From positions 21,868 through 85,867 of the forward strand of contig VHCX01000005.1 in the NCBI GenBank assembly GCA_016871615.1: a DNA stretch of 64,000 nucleotides, given 5' to 3'. Shown here in pieces: positions 57,355 to 64,000 of the stretch. The position numbers and the translations under genes are program-made. The first letter of the stretch is position 1. Every line of letters starts with the position of its first letter. The stretch comes from Verrucomicrobiota bacterium (GTDB lineage: Bacteria > Verrucomicrobiota > Verrucomicrobiia > Limisphaerales > UBA9464). The notes below the pieces were generated by a model that was not told the origin of the DNA, ran no database searches, and was given only the letters and a program-made list of their open reading frames with translations.

Positions 57355-58914
57355 TCACTCGGCGCCCGGTAGGCCCCCGGGGACCAACCCGGGCACGGGT
57401 CGTTCCGGGACCTCGGAGGGCCGCGACGTCCCGGAAGGGGTCGACCGGAGGGCTTGGGTCGACGGGGCGGGGGCGGCCGCGGGGGCGACGTTGGTCAGGC
57501 CGGCGGCGGACGTCACGACCGATGCCCCCGGAGGCGTCGGCGCCTCGACGCGGACCGGCAACCCGGGCCAGGCCATCCGCCGCAGCAGGTCGGCGTTCCA
57601 GTTGGCCAGGCGGAAGCAGCCGTGGCTTTCCGTGCGACCGACCTCCTCGGGCCGGGGCGTGCCATGGATCCCGTAGCCCGGCCGGTTCAGGCCGATCCAC
57701 GCGACGCCCACGGGATTGTTCGGCCCCGGCGGCAGCCTGAGCTTCCGCCCGACGCTGCGGGCCTCCAGGGATTCCGGGAAGACCTCCGGATCCCACGTGT
57801 AGTCGGGATTGGGCACGGTCACCACCACCTGAAGCTCCCCGACCGGGCGCTTCTCGACCCGCCGGGCGATGCTGCAGGGGAAGTGGGCCATCAACTCCCC
57901 GGCGGCATCGTACACCCGGAGAAACCGTCCCCCAAGATGGATGCGGATCAGGGCCGCGCGGCGGGCGGCGACCTGGGACGGGGACGGCATGACGAGGTCC
58001 TGCGCCTCGGCGACCCGTTCCCAGTCCAGCCCGGGGTTGAGGCGGCGAAGCCACGCCGGGTGGGCCTGGAACCGCTCGGCCAACCGCTCGAGCAGGGACT
58101 CGTGGTCGAGGGCGGCCGCCTGCGACTTGCCCACCCACGAATCAGGGACCGGGCCGAGCCCGAGCAGGTCCTCGGCGCGCACGCGGTAGGTCGCCAGCGG
58201 CGCCCGCCGCAGGACCAGGGCCCTGCGGGTCTCCCGGTCGAGCGCCCCGGTCGGCTCCAGCCCCTTGCGGGTCTGGAAGGCCCTCAGGGCCGCCGCGGTC
58301 TGCGCGCCGCCCACCCCGTCGATCGAACCTGGCGAGAGGCCCAGGCCCGCGAGGGCGATCTGGGCCTCGAGCAGGTTTGTGGGGCCGCGGGGCACCCAGC
58401 CCGCCGGGGCGTTCGACACCGCGGCCATCGGCACCGGGACGGGGACCACGGTCCCGGGGGCCAGGGTCATCACCGGCACCGGGACGCGGAAGACCTGGGT
58501 CGAGAGGACGACCGGCGGGGCCGAGGTCACCGCGACGACCGGCGGGGCGGGGGCATTGGACCGCGGCAGGACCGGGACGAGCGCGTTCGACGTCACGACC
58601 GGCCGGGAAGGATCCCGGGGACCGACCGGCGATGGCACGGACCCCGGCGGGGCATTGGAGGGCCCGGCGGGGCGAACGACCGTCGATGGCACCGGGCGGG
58701 ACGTGTCCACCGGGGACATCCGCCACCCTCGGAGGAAGGCCCAGACGAGACCCGCGAGCAGCGCCAGGAGGAACAGCATCGGCGCGACGGCACGACGGCG
58801 TGCCGGCGGTCTTGCCCGCGGTCTTGCCGGAGGATGGCTGAAGGGGGAGCGCACGGGGTGGAGTCTGGGGGGGGGCAGGCGGTCCCGAGGCGGTCCCGGG
58901 GACCCGTCAGACAT
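57355..58914 (-). CDS. L,D-transpeptidase (YkuD domain) with a peptidoglycan-binding domain, membrane anchored
   Basis: TM 'MLFLLALLAGLVWAFL', a Pro/Val-rich spacer, PG_binding_1-like 'GSIDGVGGAQTAAALRAFQ...GL..TG.LD..T' and the YkuD catalytic 'GIHGT...E.VGR.ESHGCFRL'. The start (ATG 58914) overlaps the upstream stop by 8 nt. Confidence 0.85.
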   Translation of the reverse strand: MSDGSPGPPRDRLPPPRLHPVRSPFSHPPARPRARPPARRRAVAPMLFLLALLAGLVWAFLRGWRMSPVDTSRPVPSTVVRPAGPSNAPPGSVPSPVGPRDPSRPVVTSNALVPVLPRSNAPAPPVVAVTSAPPVVLSTQVFRVPVPVMTLAPGTVVPVPVPMAAVSNAPAGWVPRGPTNLLEAQIALAGLGLSPGSIDGVGGAQTAAALRAFQTRKGLEPTGALDRETRRALVLRRAPLATYRVRAEDLLGLGPVPDSWVGKSQAAALDHESLLERLAERFQAHPAWLRRLNPGLDWERVAEAQDLVMPSPSQVAARRAALIRIHLGGRFLRVYDAAGELMAHFPCSIARRVEKRPVGELQVVVTVPNPDYTWDPEVFPESLEARSVGRKLRLPPGPNNPVGVAWIGLNRPGYGIHGTPRPEEVGRTESHGCFRLANWNADLLRRMAWPGLPVRVEAPTPPGASVVTSAAGLTNVAPAAAPAPSTQALRSTPSGTSRPSEVPERPVPGLVPGGLPGAE

Positions 58915-59362
58915 CGATCCAGGGACCCCCGTCATCGTCCCCGCGACGGGCGCGGCGACGGGATCGCCCCGGCCCCCCGGGGTCGCCGCCGGGGCGTACC
59001 ACGGCACCGCGCCCGAGGAATCCGTTCACCACCAGCGACACGAGGCTGATGATCACCCCGCCCCAGAAGGCGGCGCCAAAGCCCTCCACGACAAATCCCG
59101 GCTGGAGCAGGCCACCCACCAGGCCCAGGAGCACCGCGTTGATGACCAGCACGAAGAGCCCCAGGCTGAAGATCAGCAGCGGCAGCGACAGGACCATGAG
59201 CAGCGGACGCACGAAGGCGTTGAGCAGGCCGAGCAGCAGCGAGGCCTCGAGCAGGGACCCGAAGGACTGGTGGCGGATGCCGTCCACCCAGACGTCGGCC
59301 AGCAGCACGCCGAGGGTCGTCACCAGCCAGCGCTGCAGGAACTTGAGCACACCTTCCGGCAT
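58907..59362 (-). CDS. Four-TM 'phage holin family 4' (PF04020-like, YvlD-type) membrane protein
   Basis: 'LLGLLNAFVRPLLMVLSLPLLIFSLGLFVLVINAVLL' with four hydrophobic helices and a basic C-terminal tail. There is no phage context. Confidence 0.75.
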   Translation of the reverse strand: MPEGVLKFLQRWLVTTLGVLLADVWVDGIRHQSFGSLLEASLLLGLLNAFVRPLLMVLSLPLLIFSLGLFVLVINAVLLGLVGGLLQPGFVVEGFGAAFWGGVIISLVSLVVNGFLGRGAVVRPGGDPGGPGRSRRRARRGDDDGGPWIDV

Positions 59363-59395
59363 GGAGTTGATCCTAGTCCACGGTTGCCGGCCGCG

Positions 59396-62300
59396 TCAGT
59401 CGGCTTTCTTGGACGGGCCGCCCGGGGCGTCCTTTCCAGCCAGCGACAGGAGCAGCCGCCGGATCTCCGCCAGCCGGCCCTTGGCGTCGGGCTGGGTCAG
59501 CCTCGGGAACCGCCCGCCTACCGTGACCAACTCCCCGCGCTGCAGGAGCTTCACCTTGCCCTCGGTCACCTCCACCGAGGCGACCCCGCACTCGGCGGCG
59601 AGCACCCGCAGCTCATGCACCCGGAGCAGCAGGTCCACCGGCCCGGGCAGCGGCCCGAAGCGGTCCCGCAGCTCTTGCCGCAGGCCCTCGACGCCGGCCT
59701 TGTCGCCCACCTGGGCTAGACGCCGGTGCACCTCGACGCGCTGCGCCGGCTCGCGGACGTAGTCGAGCGGCAGGTAGGCCGGGAACCGTCGGCCGTCGTC
59801 CCCCGGCTCGTCGTCCCGGCCGGTGTCGGAGCCGCTCCAGGAGGTCGCCACGCCTTCGTCCCTCGGGATCTCGATGCGCTGGCCGGCCCGCCCGGCCTTG
59901 CCGGGCCGGTGCCTCGGGGCCGCGGTCTCCGGGTCGGCCTCCTGGCCCGGATGGGTGGCCAGGAAATCGAGCGAGACACGGACCTCGACCCGGGGCCGGA
60001 CCCGCTCGCCCTTGAGGGCGGAGATGCTCTGGCCCAGGAGCTGGCAGTAGAGGTCGAAGCCCACCGCCGTGATGTGCCCGCTCTGCTGCGGGCCCAGCAG
60101 GTTGCCCGCGCCGCGGATCTCCAGGTCGCGCATGGCGATCTTGAAGCCGCTGCCCAGCGCGCTGTACTGCTTGATGGCGCTCATGCGCTTGCGCGCCTCG
60201 GTGAGCAGCTGGGCGTGCCGGGGCAGCATGAGGTAGCAGTAGGCCTGGTGCTTGTATCGGCCCACCCGGCCCCGGAGCTGGTACAGCTCGCTCAGGCCGA
60301 AGCGGTCGGCCCGGTCGATGATCATCGTGTTGGCGTTGGGGATGTCCAAGCCGCTCTCGATGATGGTGGTGCTCACCAGCACGTCGGCCTCGCCGTCGAC
60401 GAAGCGGGTCATCACCGCCTCGAGCTCGTCGTCGCCCATCTGGCCGTGGCCCACCACGACCTGGGCCTCCGGCACGAGGGCCTTCAGCTTGAGTGCCAAG
60501 CGGGTCATCACCGCCTCGAGCTCGTCGTCGCCCATCTGGCCGTGGCCCACCACGACCTGGGCCTCCGGCACGAGGGCCTTCAGCTTGAGTGCCATCAACT
60601 CGATGGTGGAGACGCGGTTGTGCAGGAAGTACACTTGGCCGCCCCGGTTGAGCTCGCGCTGGATGGCATCACGCACGACCCGCTCGTCGTAGTTGCCGAC
60701 GACCGTCTCCACCGGCAGGCGGTCCTGCGGCGGCGTCTCGAGCGTGCTCAGGTCGCGGGCCCCGGTAAGGGCCAGGTAGAGCGTGCGCGGGATCGGCGTG
60801 GCGCTCAGGGTCAGCACGTCGACCGTGCGCCGCAGCAGCTTGAAGCGCTCCTTGTGCTTCACGCCGAACTTCTGCTCCTCGTCGACGACGACCAGGCCGA
60901 GGTCCTTGAAGACCATGTCCGCCGACACGATGCGGTGGGTGCCGATGACGATGTCCACCGCGCCGACGGCCGCCGCCTCCATCACCGCCTTCTGCTGGCG
61001 GGCCGTCCGGAAACGGCTCATCAGTTCGATGCGCACCGGGTACTCGGCCATGCGCTCGCGGAAGTGGTGGTAGTGCTGCTGGGCCAGCACGGTGGTGGGC
61101 ACGAGCAGCGCCACCTGCTTGCCGCCCATCACCGCCTTGAAGGCGGCCCGGATGGCCACCTCGGTCTTGCCGAAGCCGACGTCGCCGCAGACCAGTCGGT
61201 CCATCGGGCGGGCCAGCTCCATGTCGGCCTTGGCCGCCGCGATGGCACGGACCTGGTCGGGGGTCTCCTCGAACTCGAAGCTCGCCTCGAATTCCCGCTG
61301 CCACGGCGTGTCGGTGGAGAAGGCGTGGCCGGGCTGGGTGGTCCGGGCCGCCTGCACCGCCAGGAGGTCGGCGGCGAGGTCCCGCACGGAGCGCTGGGCC
61401 TGCTCCTTGGCCTTGGTCCAGCGGGTGCCGCCGATGGTGCTGAGCTGCGGCCGCGCCTTGCCCGCGCCCACGTACTTGCTCACGAGGTGCGCCTCGGTGA
61501 CCGGCACGTGCAGCCGGGGTGCCTCGTCATGGGCCGAGCCCGCGGCGTACTCGATCACCAGGCATTCCTGCCCCCCGCCCCCGCCGCCGGCCCCCCGGGG
61601 CGCCAGGGTCTGAAGGCCCCGGTAGATCCCGACGCCGTGCTGGAGGTGCACCACGAAGTCGCCGGGCTCGAAGTCGGTGAAGTCGACATCGAAGGCGTTG
61701 CGCACCGAGGCGGCCTGGTGCGACTTGAGCCGCCGCGGACGCGACACCTTGTAGCGGCCGTAGATCTCGGCGTCCGAGACGACCACGGTGCGCGCCGCCT
61801 CGCACAGGAACCCCCGCGACAGCGTGCCGGTGACCACCTCCGGCCGCGCGGCCGTCCCGGGGTCCGCGGGCAGCAGCTCGGTCCACAGCTCGCCGAAGCG
61901 CTGGACCTCGCCAGCGTTGTTGCAGAAGACCTGAAGGCAGTGTCCCTGGCGCAGCCAGCGCTGCATCTGCTGGAAGAAGGCCCGGCGCTGCGCCTCGGCG
62001 ACCTGGGCCGCCGGCAGGGTCGCGCCGATGGGCCGGAACGCGTCGAGCGACTCGAACCTCGGGCCAGCTGGTCCGTCGTCGGGATCGGACACCCCGTCCT
62101 CGAGGCGGATCCACGCCACGCCCGAGGCCTGCGCCCGGAGCTGCAAGGCCTCCCACGGCTCATGGAGCGGGTCGCCCTCCCGGACCTGGGAGGCGTGGTG
62201 GGCGGCCTGCAGGGCCAGGGCCTCCGGACCGCAGAGCACCACCAGCGCGTCGGGCCCCCAGTGGGCGTCGAGGGCGGAAACCGGGGGCGGCGGCGGCGCC

Positions 62301-63064
62301 TCGGAACCGGGCCTTGGCCGCAGCAGGCTCAACTCCCCCGCCGGGGGCACCTCGCAGGTCTCGATGGTCTCGAGCCGGGTCTGGCGGTGCGGGTCGAATT
62401 CGCGCAGCGACTCGAGTTCGTCGCCGAAGAATTCCAGCCGGACCGGCCACGGCCGGTGGAGCGGCCACAGGTCGATGATGCCGCCGCGCCACGACAGCTC
62501 CCCTTTGGCCGACACCTGGGCCTCGGGCTCATAGCCCTGCGCCTCGAGCCATTCGATGAGTTCGAGCGGATCGACCGACTGCCCGCGAGCCAGCCGGCGG
62601 GTTCGGAGCTGCAGATCGTCGGGGGCGAAGGTGCGTTGCTGGAGGGCGGTCACCGAGGTGACCACGAGGCGGCCGGCCGCCTGGCCCGGTACCGGGAGGG
62701 CGCCCCCCGGCACGGGCCGCTGCAGCGCCATGAGGGTCTCGAGCCGCTCGCTGACGAGGTCGGCCGCGGGCAGGCGGGAGTCCTGCGGGAGGATGTCCCA
62801 GGCCGGGAAGAACAACGGCCGTTCCCCGTCGAGCCAGGTGGCGGCGTCGGCGTGGAGCTGCTCCTGCGAGCGGAGCGTGTCGGCGACGGCCACCACCGTG
62901 CGGCCGGGATGCAGCCGGTGCAGGGCGGCCACCAGCCAGGCGTGGGCGGCCGGGGCCACGCCGTGCAGGCCCAGGGATCCGCGCACGGATCCAGCCTCGC
63001 GGAGCCGGACGGCGGCGGGCGAGTCGAGCCAGTCCCGCAGGGCGCTGGGGGTTGCAGGTTCCAA
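59396..63064 (-). CDS. mfd: Transcription-repair coupling factor Mfd, carrying an in-frame 32-aa tandem duplication in the helicase C-terminal lobe
   Basis: 'FEFEETPDQ..AI', Walker A 'LVCGDVGFGKTEVA', 'VVDEEQKFGV', 'LTLSATPIPRTL', 'VGHGQM', 'LVSTTIIESGLDIP.ANT', 'QLRGRVGR' and a TRCF C-terminal domain. The likely start is TTG 63064; the upstream part of the 1474-aa ORF overlaps the neighbouring gene and is rejected. Confidence 0.9.
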   Translation of the reverse strand: MEPATPSALRDWLDSPAAVRLREAGSVRGSLGLHGVAPAAHAWLVAALHRLHPGRTVVAVADTLRSQEQLHADAATWLDGERPLFFPAWDILPQDSRLPAADLVSERLETLMALQRPVPGGALPVPGQAAGRLVVTSVTALQQRTFAPDDLQLRTRRLARGQSVDPLELIEWLEAQGYEPEAQVSAKGELSWRGGIIDLWPLHRPWPVRLEFFGDELESLREFDPHRQTRLETIETCEVPPAGELSLLRPRPGSEAPPPPPVSALDAHWGPDALVVLCGPEALALQAAHHASQVREGDPLHEPWEALQLRAQASGVAWIRLEDGVSDPDDGPAGPRFESLDAFRPIGATLPAAQVAEAQRRAFFQQMQRWLRQGHCLQVFCNNAGEVQRFGELWTELLPADPGTAARPEVVTGTLSRGFLCEAARTVVVSDAEIYGRYKVSRPRRLKSHQAASVRNAFDVDFTDFEPGDFVVHLQHGVGIYRGLQTLAPRGAGGGGGGQECLVIEYAAGSAHDEAPRLHVPVTEAHLVSKYVGAGKARPQLSTIGGTRWTKAKEQAQRSVRDLAADLLAVQAARTTQPGHAFSTDTPWQREFEASFEFEETPDQVRAIAAAKADMELARPMDRLVCGDVGFGKTEVAIRAAFKAVMGGKQVALLVPTTVLAQQHYHHFRERMAEYPVRIELMSRFRTARQQKAVMEAAAVGAVDIVIGTHRIVSADMVFKDLGLVVVDEEQKFGVKHKERFKLLRRTVDVLTLSATPIPRTLYLALTGARDLSTLETPPQDRLPVETVVGNYDERVVRDAIQRELNRGGQVYFLHNRVSTIELMALKLKALVPEAQVVVGHGQMGDDELEAVMTRLALKLKALVPEAQVVVGHGQMGDDELEAVMTRFVDGEADVLVSTTIIESGLDIPNANTMIIDRADRFGLSELYQLRGRVGRYKHQAYCYLMLPRHAQLLTEARKRMSAIKQYSALGSGFKIAMRDLEIRGAGNLLGPQQSGHITAVGFDLYCQLLGQSISALKGERVRPRVEVRVSLDFLATHPGQEADPETAAPRHRPGKAGRAGQRIEIPRDEGVATSWSGSDTGRDDEPGDDGRRFPAYLPLDYVREPAQRVEVHRRLAQVGDKAGVEGLRQELRDRFGPLPGPVDLLLRVHELRVLAAECGVASVEVTEGKVKLLQRGELVTVGGRFPRLTQPDAKGRLAEIRRLLLSLAGKDAPGGPSKKAD
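60403..60594. repeat. Tandem direct duplication, 2 x 96 bp (perfect, in frame)
   Basis: 60403-60498 and 60499-60594 match base for base. They encode 'LKLKALVPEAQVVVGHGQMGDDELEAVMTR' twice (32 aa per unit). Confidence 0.97.
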
Positions 63065-63183
63065 GACCGCGAAGGTTACCCCGGTCCGGGCGGTTGGCGA
63101 TTTTGGATTTGCGTCCGAAGGCGGAGTCTCCCGGTGCCCCGGTCCCCGCTGGCGGGTACCGGCGGCCGGCAGCGCCGCCCCGA

Positions 63184-64000
63184 TCAGAGGCCGCGGAAGT
63201 TCGGCAGGTGCAGCTTCTCGCCGCCGCGCATCGCGCTCTCGTGGGCCAGGATGCCGACGAGCGTCCAGTTCACCGACTGGTGCAGGTCGGGGAAGCTCGG
63301 GCGGTCCTCGATCACGCTCATCACGAACTCGTGCGCCAGGTGCGGGTGGCTGCCGCCGTGTCCGCTGCCCTGAACGAAGCTCAGGTGCACGTTCTCGCTC
63401 ATGTCGTACACGCCCTGGGTGGTGAACGGACGGATGGCCTCGGGCAGGAGGTGCGCGTAGTCGGGGATCTTCACCTTCTCCACCGCCTCGCCACCCACGT
63501 GCAGCACGGGGTCGTCGTGCTCGGTGAGCTGCCACTCGAAGGAGGTCTTGGAGCCGTAGCAGTCGAAGCTCTCCTGATACTGGCGCGCGGCGTCGAAGAG
63601 GTAGCGGGTGACCTCGCCGGCCACATCCTGGCTGCGGACCTTGAACTGGGCCGTCTCGAAGGAGAACGGCGAGCCGTACCTGGCGATGCGGGACTCGGCG
63701 ATGCGACCCGAGCCCAGGCAGGACACGAATTCGGCCTCGCCGTTGACGATGCCCAGGCAGGGGCTCACGCAATGCGTGGCGTAGTGCATCGGGGGCAGGC
63801 CCTCCCAGTAGCCCGGCCACCCCTCCATGTTCTGCAGGTGGCTTCCGCGCACGAACTGGATGCGGCCCAGGCGGCCGGTGTCGCGCAGCTCCCGCACGTA
63901 CAGGTACTCGCGGCTCCAGACCACCGTCTCCATCATCATGTACTTCTTCCCGCTCTCGCGGGCCGCCTTCACGATCTCGCGGGCCTCCTCGGCCGTGGTG
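63184..64000 (-). CDS. Gfo/Idh/MocA-family oxidoreductase, C-terminal part; the 5' end lies beyond the window
   Basis: The frame is open to the window edge. 'KKYMMMETVVWSREYLYV..L...G.LG.I' and the alpha/beta dimerisation-domain layout are typical of this family. The stop is at 63184-63186. Confidence 0.65.
   Translation of the reverse strand, partial: TTAEEAREIVKAARESGKKYMMMETVVWSREYLYVRELRDTGRLGRIQFVRGSHLQNMEGWPGYWEGLPPMHYATHCVSPCLGIVNGEAEFVSCLGSGRIAESRIARYGSPFSFETAQFKVRSQDVAGEVTRYLFDAARQYQESFDCYGSKTSFEWQLTEHDDPVLHVGGEAVEKVKIPDYAHLLPEAIRPFTTQGVYDMSENVHLSFVQGSGHGGSHPHLAHEFVMSVIEDRPSFPDLHQSVNWTLVGILAHESAMRGGEKLHLPNFRGL

Noticed and set aside
58907-59362. A 'phage holin family 4' protein as a possible prophage or lysis-cassette marker
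   Set aside because: There is no endolysin, spanin, terminase, capsid or integrase gene nearby. This family is widespread as a chromosomal membrane protein. The neighbouring L,D-transpeptidase is a cell-wall housekeeping enzyme.
59726-63373. A 1215-aa forward ORF opposite mfd
   Set aside because: It is a shadow frame. Its internal repeat simply mirrors the 96-bp duplication in mfd.

Overview
This is a densely packed, visibly G+C-rich bacterial chromosomal segment. I call about 46 protein-coding genes; coding strand and frame are clear from third-position G/C bias plus recognisable family motifs. The gene content includes a tandem FGE-sulfatase-domain protein, DUF1080, a BNR sialidase-like protein, two sialate-O-acetylesterase-like SGNH proteins, a TonB-dependent receptor and many exported orphan proteins. 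That mix suggests a PVC-superphylum organism (Verrucomicrobiota or Planctomycetota), but this is inference only. Most genes are housekeeping: fabI, gluconokinase, surA-like/pdxA, ppc, pyrG, trpE, kdsA, mfd, TatD, RidA and CbiX/SCO1. I found no rRNA, tRNA, CRISPR array, transposase, integrase, prophage block or recognisable defence/toxin-antitoxin genes, and I cannot point to a clear new multi-gene system. The strongest signal is at the sequence level. Five short head-to-tail tandem duplications (53, 28, 29, 104 and 96 bp) each sit inside a minus-strand gene. Four of them frameshift an otherwise intact gene: an M28 peptidase, a sensor histidine kinase, a NUP-family nucleoside lipoprotein and a TonB-dependent receptor. 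The fifth inserts 32 residues in frame into the Mfd helicase core. Deleting one copy restores a continuous frame in every case. The cause could be real slippage or duplication events, or unmerged contig-end overlaps, and the sequence alone cannot decide. Secondary points of interest: (1) a TonB receptor / NUP lipoprotein / exported adenosine-deaminase operon, divergent from a two-domain GTP-cyclohydrolase-II-like protein; (2) a 1443-aa bipartite orphan membrane protein; (3) a co-directional block of orphan protein, two-component system, trypsin-like protease and HEAT protein; (4) a low-GC palindrome-rich Rrf2/TPMT divergent region. Most start codons are best guesses. The ORF-track 'M' is often GTG or TTG.
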